Shown here one piece after another: positions 15,112 through 27,551 of a stretch of 64,000 bases of DNA (position 1 is its first letter; each line of letters starts with the position of its first letter). The stretch comes from Octopus sinensis (taxonomy: Eukaryota), in assembly GCF_006345805.1 (NCBI RefSeq), contig NC_043008.1:37572001-37636000 (forward strand). Direction: 5' to 3'. A program made the position numbers and the translations under genes. The notes under the pieces are model-generated. The model was not told the DNA's origin and ran no database searches. It was given only the letters and a program-made list of their open reading frames with translations.

Positions 15112-15294
15112 CAATTCTTTCCACTATTGGCCCAGGACCTTATATTTTGGTTGAGGGGACAAATCAATTGCATTGATCCCAGTGCTCAACTGGTACTTAT
15201 ATTATTGACCTTGAAAGGGTGAAAGGTAAAGCTGATTTCAACAAAATTTGTCCTCTTTTCAAACTCTGCTGAGGCCAACTTTGCCTTTTATGCT

Positions 15295-15346
<52 letters not shown>

Positions 15347-15392
15347 TAATAATAATGATAATAATAATAATAATAATGATAATAATAATAAT
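15112..15392 (-). mobile_element. Degenerate S2 SINE plus (AAT)n
   Basis: gatcccagtgctcaactggtacttat...gaaaggtaaagctga core; (AAT)n at 15297-15392. Confidence 0.7.
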
Positions 15393-15529
15393 TCCCTTGG
15401 GGAACATGGTCCACTGTTTTAGTAATGATATTAGAATGTCGTTTTGAATCAGGAAGTGCCGAGTCCTATCTACCAAAAAGTTGTAAGGTACAGTCCCTAG
15501 CAGGGGTAGAATTACTGAATAGAGACTTG

Positions 15530-15895
15530 ATTAAGTAAATTGAAATAGAAGGATACAAATACCTTGGTGTATTAGAGTTCAACGAGATAATGGAAAACAA
15601 AAATGAAAGAACAACTGAGGATGGAGGACTTCTAAAGACTGAGGTTAACTGGATGGAATAAAATCCAAGCAGTTAATACGTGAGTGGTAGCATCACTTTG
15701 GTACGGAGCAGAAATTATAAAATGGCAAAAGAGAGAAATGGCTGAAGGAGATTGGAATAGAATGCCCAGTAGAGCTCCTACAGAAAGTTTGTCTCTTAGA
15801 CAGCAAGGATTATCGGGAGGGTTCTAAGCACTTGAAAAACTGCTGCAAATTTGTGGATACCTAAGGTTTGAGGTAGTCACCTGCTACTCACATAA
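15530..15895 (+). pseudogene. R4/Dong-like non-LTR retrotransposon relic, internally deleted
   Basis: Translates to EGYKYLGVLEFNEIMEN...WNKIQAVNT*VVASLWYGAEIIKW, joined to WLKEIGIECPVELLQKVCLL. These match RT-thumb and C-terminal motifs of RLE-type R4/Dong elements. Confidence 0.7.
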
Positions 15896-15954
15896 TGCAT
15901 ACCAGGAATAGGAATAAGACCGAACCCAAGCCAAACCAAAATAATATTATTAAA

Positions 15955-16156
15955 ATTGATAATAATGGCTTCAAATTTTGGCACAAGGCTAACAACCCCT
16001 TTCAAGGAGAGAAGTTAATAGTTCACATTGACCCCAGTGCTTGGCTGGTATTTATTTTATTGACCTCAAAAAGATGAAAGACAAAGTAGACTTTGGCTGA
16101 ATTTGAACTTAGAATGTAAAGATGAATGAAATGCATTTTTATTTTACCTGCCTTAA

Positions 16157-16242
<86 letters not shown>

Positions 16243-16460
16243 GCAGCAGCAGCAGCAGCAGCAGTAATAATAGTAAAAATAAGTTTCAAATTTTGGTACA
16301 AAACCAGCAGTTTTCAGGAGAGAGGGTTGGTCAGTAACACTGGCTCCAGTACGTGACTCCAAAAAGAACAAAATGCATAGCTGGGCCTGGCAAGATTTGA
16401 ACCAGAACAAATGCCACAAGACATTTTGTCCAATGTATTTACAATTCTGCTAGCTTGCAG
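15955..16460 (-). mobile_element. Two degenerate S2 SINEs separated by (AGC)n(AAC)n(AGC)n
   Basis: S2 cores at about 15955-16145 and 16275-16460; microsatellite at 16155-16265; (GCT)n(GAT)n follows at 16490-16640. Confidence 0.75.
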
Positions 16461-16492
16461 CTTTGCTCAATAATAATTTATGAAGATAAAGC

Positions 16493-16533
<41 letters not shown>

Positions 16534-17283
16534 ATGATGATGGTGATGGTGATGGTGATGGTGTTGGTGATGATGATGAAAATAACAGATGACTATGATG
16601 ATGGTGATGAGGAAAACGAGGGTGAGGATGAGAAAGAGGAAGATGGAAATAATTGTCATAAATTAAGAAAACAAATGTAAATAAGATTGCAAAAAACAAA
16701 AAAGAAATTCAGAAACCATGAACTGATAGATTTTTGTTTTTTTTTAAAACCAATTTCTATCAATATAAGAATATCTTTATTACGTCAGCAACTTCATCTA
16801 TCATTGAAAGTCAATTATTCATTAGCGACTTCGTAATTATTGTTATTATTCACATTCTGATTGAAAATCATTAGCTTTGCATTTTTACCTGATAAGCAAA
16901 TTTAGTAACACGATAAACTTCACATGTTTTGATTTTCCATATTAGTAAAACATTTGCATTTGAAAAATCTTTGCTATGGTTACTTGGCAAATGATAAATC
17001 TAGTTAATTACAAGTGGAATATCAGTGTTCTGTTTTAGACAGTTTGAAGCAATTATAATACACAGGTTATCTGTAAATTATAATCAAAATATTATAAGAA
17101 AAATATATAATGATTTGTCGTAACAGACATATTAAGATGGCTGTAAATTGGTAAAAACGATTGAGTGACAGCATAATTATATAAGATTCTTGATAAAGCT
17201 CTCTATTGCTTGAAGGTGTATTCTTAATGTTTTATTTCAGAATGCACTCTTATCTTGAGAAACACAATTAATATTGTATTCAC

Positions 17284-17684
17284 ATATAATATAGTTTTAT
17301 ATATACATATATAGTTTTATATATACATATAATATAGTTTTATATATAACATATAATATAGTTTTATATATACATATATATAGTTTTATATATACATATA
17401 TATATAGTTTTATATATACATATAATATAGTTTTATATATACATATATATATAGTTTTATATATACATATATATATAGTTTTATATATACATATAATATA
17501 GTTTTATATATACATATAATATAGTTTTATATATACATATATATATAGTTTTATATATACATATAATATAGTTTTATATATACATATAATATAGTTTTAT
17601 ATATACATATATATATAGTTTTATATATACATATAATATAGTTTTATATATACATATAATATAGTTTTATATATACATATATAT
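17284..17684. repeat. Minisatellite, 17 copies of a 20-24-bp unit (TAGTTTTATATATACATATA+)
   Basis: GTTTT anchors counted at 17294, 17314, 17337 ... 17641, 17664. Confidence 0.95.
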
Positions 17685-18015
17685 GTGTGTGTGTGGCAGG
17701 GAGTGTATATATCATCACTTATCATCATCATCATCATCATCATTTGATGATAAGTGATGATGAAACACACACACACACACACACAATGCGTGCATGCATG
17801 CACACACACATACACACACATCTATTGAATAAGATACAGAAAACAAGCTACACAGTACCTTTATTTGATATGTTGTTTATCCCCAAACAGCTGAGTTCTT
17901 CTTTAGTACATTGGTATGGAGAAGCAGTACCTAGATTTCTCCCTCAAACATGTACCTGTGCCTATTAAGTATTTATACCTTGAATCCCTGCTTTGCAATC
18001 CCTTTATTCGTTATA

Positions 18016-18150
18016 CAGGGTGAGTCAAAAGTAGCACCCATTTTCTGGGAAGTCATGCTTCGTTATTTTCAAGGTTATTACTGACTGATTTGAAAGTTAT
18101 TTAATCTGGATTATGCATCATTTTCTTAGTACTCTTTGATAGCACAATCC
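18016..18150 (+). mobile_element. Tc1/mariner-type terminal fragment
   Basis: TA|CAGGGTGAGTCAAAAGT start is typical of Tc1/mariner TIRs; no partner TIR found. Confidence 0.5.
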
Positions 18151-18543
18151 ATAAAACAAGAATTACGAATCAAAAGTATCTCTTCACTGGGGAATCATAT
18201 ATATCAACCCTGAAACAGGAATTGTGTGCTATTTTTAACTGTGTGTGCATGAGTGTGTGTATAAATGTGTGTGTGTGTACTTTTATGATTTGGTTTCATC
18301 CACCTTCAGAATAAACTACAGGTAAATCAAACAATGATGAACTCATTAACTGGATAACAAAAATCCCTGTATGCTGAGTTCCTGAATTTAATTTTACAAA
18401 AATCTATAATATCCCAGATATAAGCTGTAGAAATCTGTTGTTAACGCACATGAATGAAAGCATGTACATTAACAGGGACTACAATCATCTGAAAAGTGCT
18501 GATACAAACACACACACACACACATATATACATATATATATAT

Positions 18544-18748
18544 CAAAATGTAACCACATGTGAATCGTTGGTGATTTTCTTCTTCTGTCTTCCCTTCTAT
18601 TGGACTTGCATCTGTTTTTCCAAAAAAGAGCATCTGCTCAAAACATTAAACCATCTTTCCTTCCTTTCCTGAGCATCTGCTAATACATTACATGTACCAT
18701 GTCCTCGCATTGTTGTTTTCTTGTGTTTGATCTTTTTGGGATTTACTA
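18544..18748 (+). mobile_element. Penelope-like terminal repeat family 2 with a destroyed hammerhead
   Basis: aaaatgtaaccacatgtg.atc.ttggtgatttt... is homologous to 60637-60772. Retains GTTT...GAGC-atct-GCTC-AAAAC-ATT-AAAC, but the CTGAnGA core is lost. Confidence 0.6.
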
Positions 18749-18842
18749 TATATATATGTGTGTGTGTGTTTGTGTATGTGTGTGTGTATATATGTATATG
18801 TATATATATGTGTGTGTGTGTATGTATGTATATATGTAGATG

Positions 18843-19065
18843 TGCATGGCTTAGTGGTTAGGAGGTTGAACACAATTGTAAGATTGTGGTTTCAATTCCT
18901 AAACCAGGTAATGTTTTGTGTTCTTGAGCAAAACACTTCATTTCACATTGCTCCAGTCTGCTCACCTGACAAAAATGAATAATTCTGTGAAGGGAATGTA
19001 TGTGCCATGAAAACTGGAGAACCGGTCCTATGAGCCTGTATGACTTGGGAAGGATCTTTATCCTT
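18843..19065 (+). mobile_element. SINE family S3
   Basis: tggcttagtggttagg A box and tgtgttcttgagcaaaacacttcatttc core, as in 53992-54740. Confidence 0.8.
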
Positions 19066-19282
19066 ACACACACACACACACACACACACTCACACATACA
19101 TACTAAAGTGGAAAATATGGGTGCAGTGTGCTAGAATATCGTTAAGTATGGAACCTAGAGAAGTACAGGACAAGAATGAGCAAGCTGCTGAAGTTAGAAT
19201 TTGCTAAATAAATTTCTGAAATTGTTCATCAAATAATGCTGCAGTTTTCTGGCTTATATATATATATCTATACATATATACC

Positions 19283-19383
19283 CATGCATGCATAGAAGAT
19301 GGACATGCATGCATAGAAGATGGACATGCATGCATAGAAGATGGACATTAAACGATGATGACGATGATGACGATGATGATGAT
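19283..19383 (+). repeat. Three 21-bp tandem copies of an RTE tail end plus (GAT)n
   Basis: CATGCATGCATAGAAGATGGA x3, then cattaaacgatgatg..., which is the extreme 3' end of the RTE UTR. Confidence 0.85.
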
Positions 19384-19637
19384 ATATATAGTTGACGGTT
19401 TGCAGCCATTTGCTCAACATACAGGGATTGAACACTTATTTTGTACATCTTAAACTACGTCTGAGGAGATTCAACTTTCAAATAATTTAAAATTTTATTA
19501 ATTAATTTTTCTGAAGGTCTTGAATTGAAACTACTGTGAGGAATATATGTCAATTTTTTAATTAATAAATAATAATTTATCAATTATCTCCCTATTTTCT
19601 CATCTTATTATATATATACATGTAATACATGTATGTT

Positions 19638-19671
<34 letters not shown>

Positions 19672-20639
19672 CACAAACACACATTTCTTTTTTACTTTAC
19701 ATAGCAAATTTTTAAAATTCAAGTTAGCATTTTTGGTTTTAAAATTTCTTTGAATTAAGCTGAAACATTTCAGTGTTATTTTTAGTATTATATTTTTTTT
19801 TTTAATTTTATTTTCTTAACCAAACTCATTATCCAAATATTTTTAAATCACAGATAATGTGTTAAAATTAATTTCATATGTGTAATTAAAAAACAAGAAT
19901 AAAAAACACTTAAGAAATTTTTTAAACCAAAAGAATTTCTTTAAACTTTGCAATATCTGATAACAAAGTATTTTCTATTTACAGTCAGAATATTAAAAAA
20001 AATGAAAGCTAATGAAGAAATTGAGTGCAATATATAGAAATGACTCTAGGTTTTTTAAAAATATTTATGAATTATTGAAACTATAATACACTATCAATTT
20101 TGCTTAAAATGCTATTACATACTGTTTTTTAGATACATAAAATACTAAATTTATGATATTAAATTTTTAACGTGTAAACTTGGAGGCAATTGGTCTTTTC
20201 ACAAAAATTGAAAGTAAATAGCTTCTTGAGTATTTTAATCTAAAAATATAAATTATAAAAGGGCTTTTCTTTCTATTTTAGTTTTGAAATTCTAACATTA
20301 GCTACAATTTTTAAAGTTTTTATTTTTTCATGTCCTGTACTTTAGAAAATTTAATTACCGTTTGTTCTGTACTTTTCCAGGTTTAGTACTTTAAAATATT
20401 GTAGCACACTGCAACTACATTTTTCATTCATCCACTTTTTTTTGCAGGCAACACTTCTATTATCATAATTAATTCTGTACACCTTTATATTTTCCATTTT
20501 AGTAATACTAAAAATAAAACAGAAATGTTTGAGCTTAACATGAAAAATTTTTTAATCAAATATATTAACATAAATTTTGAAGTTTGCAATAAAAAGCAAA
20601 AAAAAAATAGAATTATGAACAAAAAAGCACACATAATAT

Positions 20640-21340
20640 TTGATGAACAATTCCAGAAATATATTTTGAAGAAAATTTTTCTGAACACCTTCAGCTTCTT
20701 TTTTCTCAGCTTTGGTTTAGTAGCTAGTCACATATCTGGTCAATATCATACCGTTTTCTCCAATATGCTAACAGTCAACATTTGCCTGCCATATTAAAAG
20801 TAGTAAACGATTATAATCATTGATTAATCTTCAAATGATTTTCTTCAAAGCTGATGAAGACGTTTAACACCTTTTCAATTTCATCTTAACTTGACACTTT
20901 CAACAACAATGAAAAAGTCGAATCTTTCTTCAGCCTTAGAAAAGCCAAATCAACATTTTTTCATCACATCTTTTCCTTTCCCACAAATTTTTAAGCAAGA
21001 TTTGCTACATGAATGCATTTAAAAATGACCGACCAAATTGTAAAGAGTGAGGTTAGATACTTAACATGGCAAACTGTAAGTGATATATGGTTCTATAATT
21101 TTTGGAATTTTTTCTGGAGAATCTTTGTCATAAATAGGTACTTGATCCACCCAGATTTTCATATGAACATGAGGAGCCCCTCTTTGTTGATACTCTATTC
21201 TCCAAAAATTAATGTGTGATGCTATCAAAAATTGGATTGTTTTTGTTTTTGTCAAAAACACTTCATTCATTACAGCTTGTAATCAGTGATAAATATATCC
21301 ACAAATAGCCACATCATTTACACATAAAGGGTTGATTTTA
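20640..21340 (-). pseudogene. Helitron Rep (HUH endonuclease) relic
   Basis: Minus strand: FWRIEYQQRGAPHVHMKIW (HUH motif 2, 21151-21206), LYNLV..F*MHSCSKSCLK...KKC*FGFSK, and INDYNRLLLLIWQANVDC*HIG...LTRYVTSY*TKAEK (motif 3 with two Tyr, 20702-20825). Several stops and frameshifts. Confidence 0.9.
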
Positions 21341-21599
21341 ACTGTTTGAATACATATATTTTTATGGATTAGCTTTGAAGCAGAAAATAAAGGAAATCTT
21401 GAAGATAGAATAGCAGCAAAAACAGCTTAGGAGATCGAGTAAATACACTTAGAAAATGGAAAAATATTGCCAGAGAATGGAAGCCTGTACCTTTAAAATT
21501 CCAACTAAGCACTCTGTACCTTTAAGCTATGCGAGCCCTGACATCAGATATCATCATCATGGGGATTCTCTAACTGATACAGCCAGTCACTGTAGTATC

Positions 21600-22040
21600 A
21601 CTCTAAACTCCTTAACAGTTGTCTGTTATCAAAGCTCATTCATCAGCTGTATACAAGTATCCAGTAGGGGCTCATCACTATATGTGTGGCTGCCAGATCA
21701 CAGAATATTACCATCATACAAGTCAATGCACCAATGTTCGAATATGATGATTTCATTGAAGAATTCTATGATGACCTGAAGAGAATCACCAAGACAGCTC
21801 CTAAAAAAGATGTCCACTTTATCTTAGGAGACTGGAATGCCAAAGTAGGCCTAAATGTATATCACCAATAGGCTGGTACAGCAGGATATTTTGGGATCAG
21901 AGAAACCAATAATTGTTGACTGAAACTCCTAGAATTTGCTAGCAAGCACAAGCTAACCCTTGCCAGCACATGGTTCCCACACAAGACCTCATACAGAACA
22001 TGACATGCACCCAGCAATAGGCTGCACAACCAAATTCTCA
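21600..22040 (+). pseudogene. RTE LINE apurinic endonuclease relic
   Basis: QNITIIQVNAPMFEYDDFIEEFYDDLKRI...HFILGDWNAKVG...LLEFASKHKL.LASTWFPHK...HNQI: APE motifs with stop codons. Confidence 0.9.
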
Positions 22041-22732
22041 GTGTGCAGTCTAATGTTAAATATCTGCTCCAAAGTGCCCCTTGGGAGCCTAAATCCTACC
22101 TGTTCTTCTCCAGGGATTCTATCCCAGTATCTCTAGAATTCCAAGTGACCCTTGATATCAAATATCATCTATTATAATGCTAAATATCTTAAAATGACAA
22201 AATTATTTTGATTTCTTAAAATGATCACCACTTTTTCATCACTTTGTAACTGATATTTTTTGATGAGATTTCTTGAATAAAGCTCTTTCATTTGAACACA
22301 ACCATTCTATAGTTTTCTTTTAGAATAACTGCGATATTTTGATTCAAAGTTAATTTTGAGTTTTACCATTTTTTTCATCACTTAAAGCCACACTACTTTT
22401 TTTTGCAACTAATATCTTTTGATGAAGTTTTCACCAAAAGATTTTTCTCAATAAGCATATTCTTTGAAACCCAGTTAATCTATAATTTTCTTGAAAAATG
22501 AGTGAAATGTTTTGATTCAATGTCAGTTTTTTGTCTTACTCTCTCATTTTTGTCTTTGCATATTTTGATTTGACTTTTTCCTAATGAACCTAATTTCAAT
22601 TATTCTATTTTCAAACATAGCTTATGATGGGACCATCATTACTGAATAAAGATCACATTCAATTTATTTCAGAACTGAATTACTGATGAAGTCTACAAGT
22701 GCTTGCTAGAGACTAAAAGTTGACCTTTATAT

Positions 22733-22737
<5 letters not shown>

Positions 22738-22766
<29 letters not shown>

Positions 22767-23232
22767 TAATGTCTGTTTTCCATGCTGGCATGCATTGGAC
22801 GGTTTGACAGAAGGGCTGCTCAGGCTCCCTGTCTGTTTTGATATGGTTTATTGAGCTGGATGCCCTTCCAAATATCAGCCACTCTACAGAGTGTACTGGG
22901 TGCATTTATGCAGCACTGGCAGAAGTGCTTTTTGTGAGGCACCAGCACCAACAAACCCAAGAGACTGGGGATGCTCAGCCAAAGAGGGTTGCAAGGGACA
23001 AGCCTATATGAAAGGACAACCATGCTTTTTCTAAACTTGATGTATCTTTTCAAGCACAGCAAACTGCCAGGAGTCTCAGAGCCCTGTCATCTCCTCTGTG
23101 AGTCCCAATGTCTGTAGATCTTTTCTCACCACTTCATCCCATGTCTTCCTGGATCTACCCCATCCACATGTTCCCTCTACAATGAGAGATTGACACCTCT
23201 TGATGCAACTGTCTTCATTCTTATGCATTACA
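22738..23232 (-). mobile_element. 5'-truncated RTE LINE (ORF C-terminus, 3' UTR and (GAT)n tail)
   Basis: Minus strand HKNEDSCIKRCQSLIVEGTCGWGRSRKTWDEVVRKDLQTLGL; (CAT)n at 22738-22768. Confidence 0.9.
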
Positions 23233-23237
23233 TACAT

Positions 23238-23374
23238 GTATGTATGTATGTATGTATGTATGTATGTATGTATGTATGTATGTATGTATGTATGTATGTA
23301 TGTATGTATGTATGTATGTATGTATGTATGTATGTATGTATGTATGTATGTATGTATGTATGTATGTATGTATG
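23238..23374. repeat. Long pure (TATG)n tetranucleotide repeat
   Basis: Directly visible, at the truncated 5' junction of the RTE copy. Confidence 0.97.
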
Positions 23375-23753
23375 TGTGTGTATATATATATATATATACA
23401 CATATGCATGTATGTATATATATAGTCAATCAAGGGTCAACCAAAACATTTAGTGTAACTACTTTTTTTATCGAATTCTTCTCTTGAAGAAATGCCCATT
23501 TAATGATATTTGATTTGAAAATTTAAATATATTTAATTCAATTTAATTCTTCAAATTGAATTAATTGGGCACGGAACAGCTGTAGGAGAAATGAATTTGA
23601 TATTGTACAGAACTGAATATGTTCAAATAAACTGATGTTTATACATCAGTTTCTCCATTTTATTTTTTTATTATCTATCTTTTTTTTTTTCAAGCTTGCT
23701 GTACCCCAAACTGTAGTAACATAATTTGTTATATAATAGACATACTGTATTTA

Positions 23754-24214
23754 TCTATCATATAAAATCCGTTCTGTCTATCTGTGTGTGTGTCTTCTAG
23801 GATCTCGGGCATCCTCCATCCGATTGCACTCAAATTTGATATGTAGATACCAACGGTATCAGGACGTGTATAAGTCTTGAAAAAATTACAAAAATCGATT
23901 CCAGTCGAGAATGCGATCGAGAAAGCCGTGGAAACGTGCATTTGTATGCGCAAGTACATCAGCTGTTGCGATGTACTTACTGGTACTTTAAATTCTTCGG
24001 CTGCATATTTGTGTGAATAAAATCGTTTTTCTTTGGAATAGAAAAAATGCCTATCTTTATTTCTTATTTTGCTGGTGTCTCAAATTTAGTTTAAATCAGT
24101 GTTTCTCAAAGGGGAGGCCTATAGGACGGTCAGAGAAGTTGTTTTGAGAAAATTTGGTTTAAATGTTTGACAACTTAGCACCGTCCATTGTACGTGGTGG
24201 GGACGTTTTGCTCA
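23754..24214 (+). mobile_element. Non-autonomous Helitron family A, second copy
   Basis: A|TCTATCATATAAAATCC start; 3' CCGTCCATTGTACGTGG...CTCA|T; collinear with 2620-3150. Confidence 0.75.
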
Positions 24215-24829
24215 TACTTATATAAAGCTATTGATATATTGTATTTATACTTATAAAAAGCTATTTTTTAAATATTGAAGTTTTTTTAGCAATTACACCA
24301 TAGGAAAGGCAATTTAGCACTTTACAAAAATTATTATTATATTCATGTTCAGATATTTTTTGATGCGCCAAAATTTTCATCCCCACCCTCTGAATCCTGG
24401 TCACTAACACAACTCTACTGTAATTCAAACACTCCAAGTAATTTTTTTGTTGATAAATTTAATAATACATGAAATCCTGAACTAATGTGTAATTCTCTAT
24501 ATGTTACCTTGTTAAGAGAATAGGGTGTGGTTTGAGGGAGATTTGGTTCCCGTAATGGGACCCTTGTTTATCTTTACAGCTGAATGCTTTTTCTTCCTAT
24601 TGCAAACAACTCAACTGAGAATTAGTTGTAGAATCTAGAGTTTCCAGTCAGGCAAACTGAGACAGCAAATTTATTTTTTATTCTGAATGACTTCCCAACA
24701 CCTCCTTTCTATCAAAATATTACAACAGAACCCCAACACATAACACTCTCCTCTTTATATATACATTTATTCCTTAAAGTTAGTGGAGTTATGTATGAGA
24801 TATTACAGAGCAAGTTACAGAGACTGACA

Positions 24830-25050
24830 TCATCATCATCAGCAACATCATGATCATCATCGTAATTATTTTTTTATCATCTGTTTTCCATGCTAGCATG
24901 GGTTAGATGGTTTAACTGGAACTGTTGAGCTAGAGAGCGGCACTAGGAACCAGTCATCTGTTTTCGCATGGTTTCTATGGCTGAATACTCTTCTTAATGT
25001 CAACCCTTTTACAGAGTGTACTGGGTGCCTTTTATGTGTCACTGGCATGG
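24830..25050 (-). mobile_element. RTE LINE 3' UTR fragment
   Basis: (CAT)n...ctgttttccatgctagcatgggttagatgg...acagagtgtactgggtgcc. Confidence 0.8.
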
Positions 25051-25065
25051 ATACCTTTAATGTCT

Positions 25066-25402
25066 CATTTATTACCAGTTTAAATATCGTTGAGACATAT
25101 TCGAAGCTGGAAGGAAGCCATTTACAGCATTTTGTCATGGCAAAAAATCCCCACAGTAGACAAAAAAGGAGCCAACACACCAAATCAGTCCAGCACACCC
25201 TCTATCCAGATCGATGGATGTGTATATTTCAGAGTAGGTATCTCTCCTTTTTAGCATCGATCTGGGTAGAGGGTGGCCCTGACTGGTTTGGTTTCTTTAC
25301 ACCTTTTTGTCGCCAGCGAGAAATTTTCTCCATAACAAAATGCAGTGAATAATTTTCTTATAGCTTCAAATACATCTCCAAAATATTTGAACTGATAACA
25401 AG
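25066..25402. mobile_element. Fold-back MITE-like element with long imperfect arms
   Basis: Arms about 25070-25216 and 25255-25400 are reverse complements. The innermost 21 bp CACCCTCTATCCAGATCGATG/CATCGATCTGGGTAGAGGGTG have one mismatch; outer blocks (accaaa.cagtc, gacaaaaagg, gcattttgt.atgg, cagtt.aaatat) also pair. Confidence 0.8.
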
Positions 25403-25464
25403 TTTATATTTGTATACGTCACTGCTTAATGCTTCTAATCCGTAAAGTAAAATTTGAACTTATG

Positions 25465-25726
25465 AACCATCCGAACGTGGCCTCCGTGACGGTGGCACGT
25501 AAAAAGCACCATCCAATCGTGGCTGTTTGCCAGCCTCATCTGGCACGTAAAAAGCACCCACTACACTCATGGAGTGGTTGGTGTTAGGAAGAGCATCCAG
25601 CCGTAGAAACATTGCCAGATCAGACTGGGCCTGGTGCAGCCTTCTGGCTTCCCAGACCCCAGTTGAGCCGTCCAACCCATGCCAGCATGGAAAGCGGACG
25701 CTAAACGATGATGATGATGATGATGA
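25465..25726 (+). mobile_element. RTE LINE 3' UTR fragment
   Basis: ...ccgtccaacccatgccagcatggaaagcggacgctaaac(gat)n; CpG-rich and relatively young. Confidence 0.9.
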
Positions 25727-26351
25727 CTAAGTACTAAATCATTCAGAATCTTATACTCACAGATACAGTTCCAGAATACATAGCAGAGAAATAAATCACT
25801 GTGTGTATTAGCATACATCCAGTGTGTGTGTGTGTATGTGTGTGTGAACATATATATGATATGATCGTCAAGATACCTTTTTTTGCAGTAGTCAAAAGAC
25901 AGCATCTGATTATTTCCTCATGATCTTCATATACATCACTTCAGTTGTCACCAAGCTATCAACAATATAATGTAAAGACGTCTGCCATTATTAATCCTCC
26001 TTACCAATACAGCAAAGGAACAAAATAGTTAAGCTAACTGAATTGAGTATGAGTAAAATAAAAATTCATTAGATTTGGGATAAGTTTTATCGCCAAAGCT
26101 CATTAATTCTGACAATCTTTTGGGTAAGGTATAATTTAGCATTTACTCTGAAAAACTGAATGTACGTCATGTTAATAGAAGGGAAAAAATATAAATATCA
26201 TATTATATTACATTATATTATATTATATCAATGTATATTTACTGCATATATAACATATGAATGACTGTACATAGTATATGTGATTAGGCATATAGACATA
26301 CACACACACAGACATAAATATATGTATATATCCCTATATACATATACACAC

Positions 26352-26407
<56 letters not shown>

Positions 26408-26509
26408 GTATAGTTTGAGTGAGTCATCCTGATAAAAACTCCTCATATCCTTTATATTTCTAGGAGTGCGTGTGTGTGTATGTATATATATATATATATA
26501 TATGTATAT

Positions 26510-27551
26510 ATCATCATCATCATCATACTTTAACATCCACTTTCCATGCTGGCATGGGTTGGACGGTTCGACTGGGGTCTGGCAAGCCAGGAGGCTGCAC
26601 CAGGCTCCAATCTCATCTGACAAGGTTTTTACTGCTGGGTGCCCTTCCTAACACCAACCACTCTGAGAGTGTAGAGGTTGCTCTTTATGTGCCACCGGCG
26701 TGAGGGCCAGTCAGGCAGTACTGGCATCAGCCACACTGAAATGGTGCTTTTTACATGCCACCGGTACGGGATTAGTTAGGCAGGACTGACAACGACCAAG
26801 CTCCATTGGACGTGGGGGGGGTGCTCGTACTTATATAAAGCTATTGATATATTGTATTTATACTTATAAAAAGCTATTTTTCAAATATTGAAGATTTTTA
26901 GCAATTACATTGACCACCCACACTCAAATGGTGCTTTTTACTTGCCACCAGCATGGGTACCAGTCAGGCAGTACTGGCATCAGCCAGAACAATGATTTCA
27001 CTTGACTTAACAGGCCTTCTCAAGCACAGTATATTGCTCAGTGATTGAAGGGTACTCTTAAATGGGCCAGTTATGCAACACTGACATAGACAACGGTTAT
27101 GGTCTCACTTGGCTTGCCAGGTCTTCTCAAGCACAGCATATCTCCAAAGGTCGCAGTCACTTGTCATTGCCAACATTCGAGGGTCGTGCTTCACCACCAC
27201 ATCCCAGGTCCTCCTGGGTCTACCTCTTCCACAGATTCCCTCCACTGTTAGGGTGTGACACTTTTTCACACAGCTGCCCTCATCCATATGCAACACATGA
27301 CCATATCAGAACAGTTGTCTCTCTTGCAAACCACACCTGATGCTTCGTATGTCCAACTTTTCTCTCAGCACACTTACACTGTTGTGTATGCACACTGACA
27401 TTACACATCCATCAGAGCATACTAGTTTCATTTCTTGCAAGCTTACTCATGTACTCAGCAGTCCCAGCCCATGTTTCACTGTAGCATGGCAGTTTGCACA
27501 CATGCATCATACAGTCTACTCATCCCTCTGAGCAGGAAGTCCTTTGTTACC
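26510..27551 (-). mobile_element. 5'-truncated RTE LINE, about 1 kb, with a foreign insertion at 26802-26909
   Basis: Minus strand ...SETWAGTAEYMSKLARNETSMLCWMCNVSVH...LHMDEGSCVKKCHTLTVEGICGRGRPRRTWD...YAVLEKTWQAK*, then the UTR and (GAT)n tail. Confidence 0.92.
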
